Shown: in pieces, positions 15,001 to 30,472 of the stretch
How positions within the stretch are numbered: the first letter of the stretch is position 1
How the letters are laid out: each line of letters starts with the position of its first letter
Assembly: GCA_032718475.1 (NCBI GenBank)
Contig: JAUCBJ010006703.1
Location: 46,875 to 110,874, forward strand
Source of the DNA: Nemertoderma westbladi
Lineage: Eukaryota > Animalia > Xenacoelomorpha
Direction of reading: 5' to 3'
DNA length: 64,000 bases
Program-made: the position numbers and the translations under genes
Notes under the pieces: generated by a model
Database searches by the model: none
Told to the model about the DNA's origin: nothing
Seen by the model: the letters and a program-made list of their open reading frames with translations, nothing else

Positions 15001-18000
15001 CGATGTGGGAGACGAAGTGGGAGGTATGGTGGGATCTGTGGACGATGTGGGAGACGGAGTGGGAGGTATGGTGGGATCTGTGGACGATGTGGGAGACGAA
15101 GTGGGAGGTATGGTGGGATCTGTGGACGATGTGGGAGACGGAGTGGGAGGTATGGTGGGATCTGTGGACGATGTGGGAGACGGAGTGGGAGGTATGGTGG
15201 GATCTGTGGACGATGTGGGAGACGGAGTGGGAGGTATGGTGGGATCTGTGGACGATGTGGGAGACGGAGTGGGAGGTATGGTGGGATCTGTGGACGATGT
15301 GGGAGACGGAGTGGGAGGTATGGTGGGATCTGTGGACGATGTGGGAGACGGAGTGGGAGGTATGGTGGGATCTGTGGACGATGTGGGAGACGGAGTGGGA
15401 GGTATGGTGGGATCTGTGGACGATGTGGGAGACGGAGTGGGAGGTATGGTGGGATCTGTGGACGATGTGGGAGACGGAGTGGGAGGTATGGTGGGATCTG
15501 TGGACGATGTGGGAGACGGAGTGGGAGGTATGGTGGGATCTGTGGACGATGTGGGAGACGGAGTGGGAGGTATGGTGGGATCTGTGGACGATGTGGGAGA
15601 CGGAGTGGGAGGTATGGTGGGATCTGTGGACGATGTGGGAGACGGAGTGGGAGGTATGGTGGGATCTGTGGACGATGTGGGAGACGGAGTGGGAGGTATG
15701 GGGGGATCTGTGGACGATGTGGGAGACGGAGTGGGAGGTATGGTGGGATCTGTGGACGATGTGGGAGACGGAGTGGGAGGTATGGTGGGATCTGTGGACG
15801 ATGTGGGAGACGGAGTGGGAGGTATGGTGGGATCTGTGGACGATGTGGGAGACGGAGTGGGAGGTATGGTGGGATCTGTGGACGATGTGGGAGACGAAGT
15901 GGGAGGTATGGTGGGATCTGTGGACGATGTGGGAGACGGAGTGGGAGGTATGGTGGGATCTGTGGGAGACGGAGTGGGAGGTATGGGGGGATCTGTGGGA
16001 GACGGAGTGGGAGGTATGGTGGGATCTGTGGACGATGTGGGAGACGAAGTGGGAGGTATGGTGGGATCTGTGGACGATGTGGGAGACGGAGTGGGAGGTA
16101 TGGTGGGATCTGTGGACGATGTGGGAGACGAAGTGGGAGGTATGGTGGGATCTGTGGACGATGTGGGAGACGGAGTGGGAGGTATGGGGGGATCTGTGGA
16201 CGATGTGGGAGACGGAGTGGGAGGTATGGTGGGATCTGTGGACGATGTGGGAGACGGAGTGGGAGGTATGGTGGGATCTGTGGACGATGTGGGAGACGAA
16301 GTGGGAGGTATGGGGGGATCTGTGGACGATGTGGGAGACGGAGTGGGAGGTATGGTGGGATCTGTGGACGATGTGGGAGACGGAGTGGGAGGTATGGTGG
16401 GATCTGTGGACGATGTGGGAGACGGAGTGGGAGGTATGGTGGGATCTGTGGACGATGTGGGAGACGGAGTGGGAGGTATGGTGGGATCTGTGGACGATGT
16501 GGGAGACGAAGTGGGAGGTATGGGGGGATCTGTGGACGATGTGGGAGACGAAGTGGGAGGTATGGTGGGATCTGTGGACGATGTGGGAGACGGAGTGGGA
16601 GGTATGGTGGGATCTGTGGACGATGTGGGAGACGGAGTGGGAGGTATGGGGGGATCTGTGGACGATGTGGGAGACGAAGTGGGAGGTATGGTGGGATCTG
16701 TGGACGATGTGGGAGACGGAGTGGGAGGTATGGTGGGATCTGTGGACGATGTGGGAGACGGAGTGGGAGGTATGGTGGGATCTGTGGACGATGTGGGAGA
16801 CGGAGTGGGAGGTATGGTGGGATCTGTGGACGATGTGGGAGACGGAGTGGGAGGTATGGTGGGATCTGTGGACGATGTGGGAGACGGAGTGGGAGGTATG
16901 GTGGGATCTGTGGACGATGTGGGAGACGGAGTGGGAGGTATGGTGGGATCTGTGGACGATGTGGGAGACGAAGTGGGAGGTATGGTGGGATCTGTGGACG
17001 ATGTGGGAGACGGAGTGGGAGGTATGGTGGGATCTGTGGACGATGTGGGAGACGAAGTGGGAGGTATGGTGGGATCTGTGGACGATGTGGGAGACGGAGT
17101 GGGAGGTATGGTGGGATCTGTGGACGATGTGGGAGACGGAGTGGGAGGTATGGTGGGATCTGTGGACGATGTGGGAGACGGAGTGGGAGGTATGGGGGGA
17201 TCTGTGGACGATGTGGGAGACGAAGTGGGAGGTATGGTGGGATCTGTGGACGATGTGGGAGACGGAGTGGGAGGTATGGTGGGATCTGTGGACGATGTGG
17301 GAGACGTAGTGGGAGGTATGGTGGGATCTGTGGACGATGTGGGAGACGAAGTGGGAGGTATGGTGGGATCTGTGGACGATGTGGGAGACGGAGTGGGAGG
17401 TATGGTGGGATCTGTGGACGATGTGGGAGACGGAGTGGGAGGTATGGTGGGATCTGTGGACGATGTGGGAGACGGAGTGGGAGGTATGGTGGGATCTGTG
17501 GACGATGTGGGAGACGGAGTGGGAGGTATGGTGGGATCTGTGGACGATGTGGGAGACGGAGTGGGAGGTATGGGGGATCTGTGGACGATGTGGGAGACGG
17601 AGTGGGAGGTATGGTGGGATCTGTGGACGATGTGGGAGACGGAGTGGGAGGTATGGTGGGATCTGTGGACGATGTGGGAGACGAAGTGGGAGGTATGGTG
17701 GGATCTGTGGACGATGTGGGAGACGGAGTGGGAGGTATGGTGGGATCTGTGGGAGACGGAGTGGGAGGTATGGGGGGTCTGTGGGAGACGGAGTGGGAGG
17801 TATGGTGGGATCTGTGGACGATGTGGGAGACGAAGTGGGAGGTATGGTGGGATCTGTGGACGATGTGGGAGACGGAGTGGGAGGTATGGTGGGATCTGTG
17901 GACGATGTGGGAGACGAGTGGGAGGTATGGTGGGATCTGTGGACGATGTGGGAGACGGAGTGGGAGGTATGGTGGGATCTGTGGACGATGTGGGAGACGG

Positions 18001-21000
18001 AGTGGGAGGTATGGTGGGATCTGTGGACGATGTGGGAGACGGAGTGGGAGGTATGGTGGGATCTGTGGACGATGTGGGAGACGGAGTGGGAGGTATGGTG
18101 GGATCTGTGGACGATGTGGGAGACGGAGTGGGAGGTATGGTGGGATCTGTGGACGATGTGGGAGACGGAGTGGGAGGTATGGTGGGATCTGTGGACGATG
18201 TGGGAGACGGAGTGGGAGGTATGGTGGGATCTGTGGACGATGTGGGAGACGGAGTGGGAGGTATGGTGGGATCTGTGGACGATGTGGGAGACGGAGTGGG
18301 AGGTATGGTGGGATCTGTGGACGATGTGGGAGACGGAGTGGGAGGTATGGTGGGATCTGTGGACGATGTGGGAGACGGAGTGGGAGGTATGGTGGGATCT
18401 GTGGACGATGTGGGAGACGGAGTGGGAGGTATGGTGGGATCTGTGGACGATGTGGGAGACGGAGTGGGAGGTATGGTGGGATCTGTGGACGATGTGGGAG
18501 ACGGAGTGGGAGGTATGGTGGGATCTGTGGACGATGTGGGAGACGGAGTGGGAGGTATGGTGGGATCTGTGGACGATGTGGGAGACGGAGTGGGAGGTAT
18601 GGTGGGATCTGTGGACGATGTGGGAGACGGAGTGGGAGGTATGGTGGGATCTGTGGACGATGTGGGAGACGGAGTGGGAGGTATGGTGGGATCTGTGGAC
18701 GATGTGGGAGACGGAGTGGGAGGTATGGTGGGATCTGTGGACGATGTGGGAGACGGAGTGGGAGGTATGGTGGGATCTGTGGACGATGTGGGAGACGAAG
18801 TGGGAGGTATGGTGGGATCTGTGGACGATGTGGGAGACGGAGTGGGAGGTATGGTGGGATCTGTGGGAGACGGAGTGGGAGGTATGGGGGGATCTGTGGG
18901 AGACGGAGTGGGAGGTATGGTGGGATCTGTGGACGATGTGGGAGACGAAGTGGGAGGTATGGTGGGATCTGTGGACGATGTGGGAGACGGAGTGGGAGGT
19001 ATGGTGGGATCTGTGGACGATGTGGGAGACGGAGTGGGAGGTATGGTGGGATCTGTGGACGATGTGGGAGACGGAGTGGGAGGTATGGTGGGATCTGTGG
19101 ACGATGTGGGAGACGGAGTGGGAGGTATGGTGGGATCTGTGGACGATGTGGGAGACGGAGTGGGAGGTATGGTGGGATCTGTGGACGATGTGGGAGACGA
19201 AGTGGGAGGTATGGTGGGATCTGTGGACGATGTGGGAGACGGAGTGGGAGGTATGGTGGGATCTGTGGACGATGTGGGAGACGAAGTGGGAGGTATGGTG
19301 GGATCTGTGGACGATGTGGGAGACGGAGTGGGAGGTATGGTGGGATCTGTGGACGATGTGGGAGACGGAGTGGGAGGTATGGTGGGATCTGTGGACGATG
19401 TGGGAGACGAAGTGGGAGGTATGGTGGGATCTGTGGACGATGTGGGAGACGAAGTGGGAGGTATGGTGGGATCTGTGGACGATGTGGGAGACGGAGTGGG
19501 AGGTATGGTGGGATCTGTGGACGATGTGGGAGACGGAGTGGGAGGTATGGTGGGATCTGTGGACGATGTGGGAGACGGAGTGGGAGGTATGGTGGGATCT
19601 GTGGACGATGTGGGAGACGGAGTGGGAGGTATGGTGGGATCTGTGGACGATGTGGGAGACGGAGTGGGAGGTATGGTGGGATCTGTGGACGATGTGGGAG
19701 ACGGAGTGGGAGGTATGGTGGGATCTGTGGACGATGTGGGAGACGGAGTGGGAGGTATGGTGGGATCTGTGGACGATGTGGGAGACGAAGTGGGAGGTAT
19801 GGTGGGATCTGTGGACGATGTGGGAGACGGAGTGGGAGGTATGGTGGGATCTGTGGACGATGTGGGAGACGGAGTGGGAGGTATGGTGGGATCTGTGGAC
19901 GATGTGGGAGACGGAGTGGGAGGTATGGTGGGATCTGTGGACGATGTGGGAGACGAAGTGGGAGGTATGGTGGGATCTGTGGACGATGTGGGAGACGGAG
20001 TGGGAGGTATGGTGGGATCTGTGGACGATGTGGGAGACGGAGTGGGAGGTATGGTGGGATCTGTGGACGATGTGGGAGACGGAGTGGGAGGTATGGTGGG
20101 ATCTGTGGACGATGTGGGAGACGGAGTGGGAGGTATGGTGGGATCTGTGGACGATGTGGGAGACGGAGTGGGAGGTATGGTGGGATCTGTGGACGATGTG
20201 GGAGACGGAGTGGGAGGTATGGTGGGATCTGTGGACGATGTGGGAGACGAAGTGGGAGGTATGGTGGGATCTGTGGACGATGTGGGAGACGGAGTGGGAG
20301 GTATGGTGGGATCTGTGGACGATGTGGGAGACGGAGTGGGAGGTATGGTGGGATCTGTGGACGATGTGGGAGACGGAGTGGGAGGTATGGTGGGATCTGT
20401 GGACGATGTGGGAGACGGAGTGGGAGGTATGGTGGGATCTGTGGACGATGTGGGAGACGGAGTGGGAGGTATGGTGGGATCTGTGGACGATGTGGGAGAC
20501 GGAGTGGGAGGTATGGTGGGATCTGTGGACGATGTGGGAGACGGAGTGGGAGGTATGGTGGGATCTGTGGACGATGTGGGAGACGGAGTGGGAGGTATGG
20601 TGGGATCTGTGGACGATGTGGGAGACGGAGTGGGAGGTATGGTGGGATCTGTGGACGATGTGGGAGACGGAGTGGGAGGTATGGGGGGATCTGTGGACGA
20701 TGTGGGAGACGGAGTGGGAGGTATGGTGGGATCTGTGGACGATGTGGGAGACGAAGTGGGAGGTATGGTGGGATCTGTGGACGATGTGGGAGACGGAGTG
20801 GGAGGTATGGTGGGATCTGTGGACGATGTGGGAGACGGAGTGGGAGGTATGGTGGGATCTGTGGACGATGTGGGAGACGGAGTGGGAGGTATGGTGGGAT
20901 CTGTGGACGATGTGGGAGACGGAGTGGGAGGTATGGTGGGATCTGTGGACGATGTGGGAGACGGAGTGGGAGGTATGGTGGGATCTGTGGACGATGTGGG

Positions 21001-24000
21001 AGACGGAGTGGGAGGTATGGTGGGATCTGTGGACGATGTGGGAGACGGAGTGGGAGGTATGGTGGGATCTGTGGACGATGTGGGAGACGGAGTGGGAGGT
21101 ATGGTGGGATCTGTGGACGATGTGGGAGACGGAGTGGGAGGTATGGTGGGATCTGTGGACGATGTGGGAGACGGAGTGGGAGGTATGGTGGGATCTGTGG
21201 ACGATGTGGGAGACGGAGTGGGAGGTATGGTGGGATCTGTGGACGATGTGGGAGACGGAGTGGGAGGTATGGTGGGATCTGTGGACGATGTGGGAGACGG
21301 AGTGGGAGGTATGGTGGGATCTGTGGACGATGTGGGAGACGGAGTGGGAGGTATGGTGGGATCTGTGGACGATGTGGGAGACGGAGTGGGAGGTATGGTG
21401 GGATCTGTGGACGATGTGGGAGACGGAGTGGGAGGTATGGTGGGATCTGTGGACGATGTGGGAGACGGAGTGGGAGGTATGGTGGGATCTGTGGACGATG
21501 TGGGAGACGGAGTGGGAGGTATGGTGGGATCTGTGGACGATGTGGGAGACGAAGTGGGAGGTATGGTGGGATCTGTGGACGATGTGGGAGACGGAGTGGG
21601 AGGTATGGTGGGATCTGTGGACGATGTGGGAGACGGAGTGGGAGGTATGGTGGGATCTGTGGACGATGTGGGAGACGGAGTGGGAGGTATGGTGGGATCT
21701 GTGGACGATGTGGGAGACGGAGTGGGAGGTATGGTGGGATCTGTGGACGATGTGGGAGACGGAGTGGGAGGTATGGTGGGATCTGTGGACGATGTGGGAG
21801 ACGGAGTGGGAGGTATGGTGGGATCTGTGGACGATGTGGGAGACGGAGTGGGAGGTATGGTGGGATCTGTGGACGATGTGGGAGACGGAGTGGGAGGTAT
21901 GGTGGGATCTGTGGACGATGTGGGAGACGGAGTGGGAGGTATGGTGGGATCTGTGGACGATGTGGGAGACGGAGTGGGAGGTATGGTGGGATCTGTGGAC
22001 GATGTGGGAGACGGAGTGGGAGGTATGGTGGGATCTGTGGACGATGTGGGAGACGGAGTGGGAGGTATGGTGGGATCTGTGGACGATGTGGGAGACGGAG
22101 TGGGAGGTATGGTGGGATCTGTGGACGATGTGGGAGACGGAGTGGGAGGTATGGTGGGATCTGTGGACGATGTGGGAGACGGAGTGGGAGGTATGGTGGG
22201 ATCTGTGGACGATGTGGGAGACGGAGTGGGAGGTATGGTGGGATCTGTGGACGATGTGGGAGACGGAGTGGGAGGTATGGTGGGATCTGTGGACGATGTG
22301 GGAGACGGAGTGGGAGGTATGGTGGGATCTGTGGACGATGTGGGAGACGGAGTGGGAGGTATGGTGGGATCTGTGGACGATGTGGGAGACGGAGTGGGAG
22401 GTATGGTGGGATCTGTGGACGATGTGGGAGACGGAGTGGGAGGTATGGTGGGATCTGTGGACGATGTGGGAGACGGAGTGGGAGGTATGGTGGGATCTGT
22501 GGACGATGTGGGAGACGGAGTGGGAGGTATGGTGGGATCTGTGGACGATGTGGGAGACGGAGTGGGAGGTATGGTGGGATCTGTGGACGATGTGGGAGAC
22601 GGAGTGGGAGGTATGGTGGGATCTGTGGACGATGTGGGAGACGGAGTGGGAGGTATGGTGGGATCTGTGGACGATGTGGGAGACGGAGTGGGAGGTATGG
22701 TGGGATCTGTGGACGATGTGGGAGACGGAGTGGGAGGTATGGTGGGATCTGTGGACGATGTGGGAGACGGAGTGGGAGGTATGGTGGGATCTGTGGACGA
22801 TGTGGGAGACGGAGTGGGAGGTATGGTGGGATCTGTGGACGATGTGGGAGACGGAGTGGGAGGTATGGTGGGATCTGTGGACGATGTGGGAGACGGAGTG
22901 GGAGGTATGGTGGGATCTGTGGACGATGTGGGAGACGGAGTGGGAGGTATGGTGGGATCTGTGGACGATGTGGGAGACGGAGTGGGAGGTATGGTGGGAT
23001 CTGTGGACGATGTGGGAGACGGAGTGGGAGGTATGGTGGGATCTGTGGACGATGTGGGAGACGAAGTGGGAGGTATGGTGGGATCTGTGGACGATGTGGG
23101 AGACGGAGTGGGAGGTATGGTGGGATCTGTGGACGATGTGGGAGACGGAGTGGGAGGTATGGTGGGATCTGTGGACGATGTGGGAGACGGAGTGGGAGGT
23201 ATGGGGGGATCTGTGGACGATGTGGGAGACGGAGTGGGAGGTATGGTGGGATCTGTGGACGATGTGGGAGACGGAGTGGGAGGTATGGTGGGATCTGTGG
23301 ACGATGTGGGAGACGAAGTGGGAGGTATGGTGGGATCTGTGGACGATGTGGGAGACGGAGTGGGAGGTATGGTGGGATCTGTGGGAGACGGAGTGGGAGG
23401 TATGGGGGATCTGTGGGAGACGGAGTGGGAGGTATGGTGGGATCTGTGGACGATGTGGGAGACGAAGTGGGAGGTATGGTGGGATCTGTGGACGATGTGG
23501 GAGACGGAGTGGGAGGTATGGTGGGATCTGTGGACGATGTGGGAGACGGAGTGGGAGGTATGGTGGGATCTGTGGACGATGTGGGAGACGAAGTGGGAGG
23601 TATGGTGGGATCTGTGGACGATGTGGGAGACGGAGTGGGAGGTATGGTGGGATCTGTGGACGATGTGGGAGACGGAGTGGGAGTTATGGTGGGATCTGTG
23701 GACGATGTGGGAGACGGAGTGGGAGGTATGGGGGGATCTGTGGGAGACGGAGTGGGAGGTATGGGGGGATCTGTGGGAGACGGAGTGGGAGGTATGGGGG
23801 GATCTGTGGGAGACGGAGTGGGAGGTATGGGGGGATCTGTGGACGATGTGGGAGACGGAGTGGGAGGTATGGGGGGATCTGTGGACGATGTGGGAGACGA
23901 AGTGGGAGGTATGGGGGGATCTGTGGACGATGTGGGAGACGGAGTGGGAGGTATGGTGGGATCTGTGGACGATGTGGGAGACGGAGTGGGAGTTATGGTG

Positions 24001-27000
24001 GGATCTGTGGACGATGTGGGAGACGGAGTGGGAGGTATGGTGGGATCTGTGGACGATGTGGGAGACGGAGTGGGAGGTATGGTGGGATCTGTGGACGATG
24101 TGGGAGACGGAGTGGGAGGTATGGTGGGATCTGTGGACGATGTGGGAGACGAAGTGGGAGGTATGGTGGGATCTGTGGACGATGTGGGAGACGGAGTGGG
24201 AGGTATGGTGGGATCTGTGGACGATGTGGGAGACGAAGTGGGAGGTATGGTGGGATCTGTGGACGATGTGGGAGACGGAGTGGGAGGTATGGTGGGATCT
24301 GTGGACGATGTGGGAGACGGAGTGGGAGGTATGGTGGGATCTGTGGACGATGTGGGAGACGGAGTGGGAGTTATGGTGGGATCTGTGGACGATGTGGGAG
24401 ACGGAGTGGGAGGTATGGTGGGATCTGTGGACGATGTGGGAGACGGAGTGGGAGGTATGGGGGGATCTGTGGGAGACGGAGTGGGAGGTATGGTGGGATC
24501 TGTGGACGATGTGGGAGACGAAGTGGGAGGTATGGTGGGATCTGTGGACGATGTGGGAGACGGAGTGGGAGGTATGGTGGGATCTGTGGACGATGTGGGA
24601 GACGTAGTGGGAGGTATGGTGGGATCTGTGGACGATGTGGGAGACGAAGTGGGAGGTATGGTGGGATCTGTGGACGATGTGGGAGACGGAGTGGGAGGTA
24701 TGGCGGGATCTGTGGACGATGTGGGAGACGGAGTGGGAGTTATGGTGGGATCTGTGGACGATGTGGGAGACGGAGTGGGAGGTATGGGGGGATCTGTGGG
24801 AGACGGAGTGGGAGGTATGGGGGGATCTGTGGGAGACGGAGTGGGAGGTATGGGGGGATCTGTGGGAGACGGAGTGGGAGGTATGGGGGGATCTGTGGAC
24901 GATGTGGGAGACGAAGTGGGAGGTATGGGGGGATCTGTGGACGATGTGGGAGACGAAGTGGGAGGTATGGGGGGATCTGTGGACGATGTGGGAGACGGAG
25001 TGGGAGGTATGGTGGGATCTGTGGACGATGTGGGAGACGGAGTGGGAGTTATGGTGGGATCTGTGGACGATGTGGGAGACGGAGTGGGAGGTATGGTGGG
25101 ATCTGTGGACGATGTGGGAGACGGAGTGGGAGGTATGGTGGGATCTGTGGACGATGTGGGAGACGGAGTGGGAGGTATGGTGGGATCTGTGGACGATGTG
25201 GGAGACGGAGTGGGAGGTATGGTGGGATCTGTGGACGATGTGGGAGACGGAGTGGGAGGTATGGTGGGATCTGTGGACGATGTGGGAGACGGAGTGGGAG
25301 GTATGGTGGGATCTGTGGACGATGTGGGAGACGGAGTGGGAGGTATGGTGGGATCTGTGGACGATGTGGGAGACGGAGTGGGAGGTATGGTGGGATCTGT
25401 GGACGATGTGGGAGACGAAGTGGGAGGTATGGTGGGATCTGTGGACGATGTGGGAGACGGAGTGGGAGGTATGGTGGGATCTGTGGACGATGTGGGAGAC
25501 GGAGTGGGAGGTATGGTGGGATCTGTGGACGATGTGGGAGACGGAGTGGGAGGTATGGTGGGATCTGTGGACGATGTGGGAGACGGAGTGGGAGGTATGG
25601 TGGGATCTGTGGACGATGTGGGAGACGGAGTGGGAGGTATGGTGGGATCTGTGGACGATGTGGGAGACGGAGTGGGAGGTATGGTGGGATCTGTGGACGA
25701 TGTGGGAGACGGAGTGGGAGGTATGGTGGGATCTGTGGACGATGTGGGAGACGGAGTGGGAGGTATGGTGGGATCTGTGGACGATGTGGGAGACGGAGTG
25801 GGAGGTATGGTGGGATCTGTGGACGATGTGGGAGACGGAGTGGGAGGTATGGTGGGATCTGTGGACGATGTGGGAGACGAAGTGGGAGGTATGGTGGGAT
25901 CTGTGGACGATGTGGGAGACGGAGTGGGAGGTATGGTGGGATCTGTGGGAGACGGAGTGGGAGGTATGGGGGGATCTGTGGGAGACGGAGTGGGAGGTAT
26001 GGTGGGATCTGTGGACGATGTGGGAGACGAAGTGGGAGGTATGGTGGGATCTGTGGACGATGTGGGAGACGGAGTGGGAGGTATGGTGGGATCTGTGGAC
26101 GATGTGGGAGACGGAGTGGGAGGTATGGTGGGATCTGTGGACGATGTGGGAGACGAAGTGGGAGGTATGGTGGGATCTGTGGACGATGTGGGAGACGGAG
26201 TGGGAGGTATGGTGGGATCTGTGGACGATGTGGGAGACGGAGTGGGAGGTATGGTGGGATCTGTGGACGATGTGGGAGACGGAGTGGGAGGTATGGGGGG
26301 ATCTGTGGGAGACGGAGTGGGAGGTATGGGGGATCTGTGGGAGGACGGAGTGGGAGGTATGGTGGGATCGATGTGGGAGACGGAGTGGGAGGTATGGTGG
26401 GATCTGTGGACGATGTGGGAGACGAAGTGGGAGGTATGGTGGGATCTGTGGACGATGTGGGAGACGGAGTGGGAGGTATGGTGGGATCTGTGGACGATGT
26501 GGGAGACGGAGTGGGAGGTATGGTGGGATCTGTGGACGATGTGGGAGACGGAGTGGGAGGTATGGTGGGATCTGTGGACGATGTGGGAGACGGAGTGGGA
26601 GGTATGGTGGGATCTGTGGACGATGTGGGAGACGGAGTGGGAGGTATGGTGGGATCTGTGGACGATGTGGGAGACGAAGTGGGAGGTATGGTGGGATCTG
26701 TGGACGATGTGGGAGACGGAGTGGGAGGTATGGTGGGATCTGTGGACGATGTGGGAGACGGAGTGGGAGGTATGGTGGGATCTGTGGACGATGTGGGAGA
26801 CGGAGTGGGAGGTATGGTGGGATCTGTGGACGATGTGGGAGACGGAGTGGGAGGTATGGTGGGATCTGTGGACGATGTGGGAGACGGAGTGGGAGGTATG
26901 GTGGGATCTGTGGACGATGTGGGAGACGGAGTGGGAGGTATGGTGGGATCTGTGGACGATGTGGGAGACGGAGTGGGAGGTATGGTGGGATCTGTGGACG

Positions 27001-30000
27001 ATGTGGGAGACGGAGTGGGAGGTATGGTGGGATCTGTGGACGATGTGGGAGACGGAGTGGGAGGTATGGTGGGATCTGTGGACGATGTGGGAGACGGAGT
27101 GGGAGGTATGGTGGGATCTGTGGACGATGTGGGAGACGGAGTGGGAGGTATGGTGGGATCTGTGGACGATGTGGGAGACGAAGTGGGAGGTATGGTGGGA
27201 TCTGTGGACGATGTGGGAGACGGAGTGGGAGGTATGGTGGGATCTGTGGACGATGTGGGAGACGGAGTGGGAGGTATGGTGGGATCTGTGGACGATGTGG
27301 GAGACGGAGTGGGAGGTATGGGGGGATCTGTGGACGATGTGGGAGACGAAGTGGGAGGTATGGTGGGATCTGTGGACGATGTGGGAGACGGAGTGGGAGG
27401 TATGGTGGGATCTGTGGACGATGTGGGAGACGGAGTGGGAGGTATGGTGGGATCTGTGGACGATGTGGGAGACGGAGTGGGAGGTATGGTGGGATCTGTG
27501 GACGATGTGGGAGACGGAGTGGGAGGTATGGTGGGATCTGTGGACGATGTGGGAGACGGAGTGGGAGGTATGGTGGGATCTGTGGACGATGTGGGAGACG
27601 AAGTGGGAGGTATGGTGGGATCTGTGGACGATGTGGGAGACGGAGTGGGAGGTATGGTGGGATCTGTGGACGATGTGGGAGACGGAGTGGGAGGTATGGT
27701 GGGATCTGTGGACGATGTGGGAGACGGAGTGGGAGGTATGGTGGGATCTGTGGACGATGTGGGAGACGGAGTGGGAGGTATGGTGGGATCTGTGGACGAT
27801 GTGGGAGACGGAGTGGGAGGTATGGTGGGATCTGTGGACGATGTGGGAGACGGAGTGGGAGGTATGGTGGGATCTGTGGACGATGTGGGAGACGGAGTGG
27901 GAGGTATGGTGGGATCTGTGGACGATGTGGGAGACGGAGTGGGAGGTATGGTGGGATCTGTGGACGATGTGGGAGACGGAGTGGGAGGTATGGTGGGATC
28001 TGTGGACGATGTGGGAGACGGAGTGGGAGGTATGGGGGGATCTGTGGACGATGTGGGAGACGGAGTGGGAGGTATGGTGGGATCTGTGGACGATGTGGGA
28101 GACGAAGTGGGAGGTATGGTGGGATCTGTGGACGATGTGGGAGACGGAGTGGGAGTTATGGTGGGATCTGTGGACGATGTGGGAGACGGAGTGGGAGGTA
28201 TGGTGGGATCTGTGGACGATGTGGGAGACGGAGTGGGAGGTATGGTGGGATCTGTGGACGATGTGGGAGACGGAGTGGGAGGTATGGTGGGATCTGTGGA
28301 CGATGTGGGAGACGGAGTGGGAGGTATGGTGGGATCTGTGGACGATGTGGGAGACGGAGTGGGAGGTATGGTGGGATCTGTGGACGATGTGGGAGACGGA
28401 GTGGGAGGTATGGTGGGATCTGTGGACGATGTGGGAGACGGAGTGGGAGGTATGGTGGGATCTGTGGACGATGTGGGAGACGGAGTGGGAGGTATGGTGG
28501 GATCTGTGGACGATGTGGGAGACGGAGTGGGAGGTATGGGGGGATCTGTGGACGATGTGGGAGACGGAGTGGGAGGTATGGTGGGATCTGTGGACGATGT
28601 GGGAGACGAAGTGGGAGGTATGGTGGGATCTGTGGACGATGTGGGAGACGGAGTGGGAGGTATGGTGGGATCTGTGGACGATGTGGGAGACGAAGTGGGA
28701 GGTATGGTGGGATCTGTGGACGATGTGGGAGACGAAGTGGGAGGTATGGTGGGATCTGTGGACGATGTGGGAGACGGAGTGGGAGTTATGGTGGGATCTG
28801 TGGACGATGTGGGAGACGGAGTGGGAGGTATGGTGGGATCTGTGGACGATGTGGGAGACGGAGTGGGAGGTATGGTGGGATCTGTGGACGATGTGGGAGA
28901 CGGAGTGGGAGGTATGGTGGGATCTGTGGACGATGTGGGAGACGGAGTGGGAGGTATGGTGGGATCTGTGGACGATGTGGGAGACGAAGTGGGAGGTATG
29001 GTGGGATCTGTGGACGATGTGGGAGACGGAGTGGGAGGTATGGTGGGATCTGTGGACGATGTGGGAGACGGAGTGGGAGGTATGGTGGGATCTGTGGACG
29101 ATGTGGGAGACGGAGTGGGAGGTATGGTGGGATCTGTGGACGATGTGGGAGACGGAGTGGGAGGTATGGTGGGATCTGTGGACGATGTGGGAGACGAAGT
29201 GGGAGGTATGGTGGGATCTGTGGACGATGTGGGAGACGGAGTGGGAGGTATGGTGGGATCTGTGGACGATGTGGGAGACGGAGTGGGAGGTATGGTGGGA
29301 TCTGTGGACGATGTGGGAGACGAAGTGGGAGGTATGGTGGGATCTGTGGACGATGTGGGAGACGGAGTGGGAGGTATGGTGGGATCTGTGGACGATGTGG
29401 GAGACGAAGTGGGAGGTATGGTGGGATCTGTGGACGATGTGGGAGACGAAGTGGGAGGTATGGTGGGATCTGTGGACGATGTGGGAGACGGAGTGGGAGT
29501 TATGGTGGGATCTGTGGACGATGTGGGAGACGGAGTGGGAGGTATGGTGGGATCTGTGGACGATGTGGGAGACGGAGTGGGAGGTATGGTGGGATCTGTG
29601 GACGATGTGGGAGACGGAGTGGGAGGTATGGTGGGATCTGTGGACGATGTGGGAGACGGAGTGGGAGGTATGGTGGGATCTGTGGACGATGTGGGAGACG
29701 AAGTGGGAGGTATGGTGGGATCTGTGGACGATGTGGGAGACGGAGTGGGAGGTATGGTGGGATCTGTGGACGATGTGGGAGACGAAGTGGGAGGTATGGT
29801 GGGATCTGTGGACGATGTGGGAGACGAAGTGGGATCTGTGGACGATGTGGGAGACGGAGTGGGAGGTATGGTGGGATCTGTGGACGATGTGGGAGACGGA
29901 GTGGGAGTTATGGTGGGATCTGTGGACGATGTGGGAGACGGAGTGGGAGGTATGGTGGGATCTGTGGACGATGTGGGAGACGGAGTGGGAGTTATGGTGG

Positions 30001-30472
30001 GATCTGTGGACGATGTGGGAGACGGAGTGGGAGGTATGGTGGGATCTGTGGACGATGTGGGAGACGAAGTGGGAGGTATGGTGGGATCTGTGGACGATGT
30101 GGGAGATGGAGTGGGAGGTATGGTGGGATCTGTGGACGATGTGGGAGACGAAGTGGGAGTTATGGTGGGATCTGTGGACGATGTGGGAGACGGAGTGGGA
30201 GGTATGGTGGGATCTGTGGACGATGTGGGAGACGGAGTGGGAGTTATGGTGGGATCTGTGGACGATGTGGGAGACGGAGTGGGAGGTATGGTGGGATCTG
30301 TGGACGATGTGGGAGACGAAGTGGGAGGTATGGTGGGATCTGTGGACGATGTGGGAAACGGAGTGGGAGGTATGGTGGGATCTGTGGACGATGTGGGAGA
30401 CGGAGTGGGAGGTATGGTGGGATCTGTGGACGATGTGGGAGACGAAGTGGGAGGTATGGTGGGATCTGTGGA
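1..30472. repeat. 42-bp G-rich tandem satellite, main block (consensus GTGGGAGGTATGGTGGGATCTGTGGACGATGTGGGAGACGGA); runs off the left edge of the window
   Basis: Continuous 42-nt periodicity, roughly 700 monomers. Recurrent variants are GGA/GAA/GTA, GGT/GTT and GTG/GGG, plus 33-bp monomers lacking ACGATGTGG. Confidence 0.99.
4621..10065. repeat. Higher-order repeat: three copies of a ~1-kb divergent-monomer cassette (4621-5610, 6807-7879, 9076-10065)
   Basis: The diagnostic start TGTGGAGGGTGTGGGAGTGGG recurs at spacings of 2186 and 2269 bp, and each cassette ends in GATGGAGTAG. Monomers carry GAAGTACAGGAGG and GGAGGGTGTGG variants, and there is an internal 396-bp duplication. Confidence 0.95.
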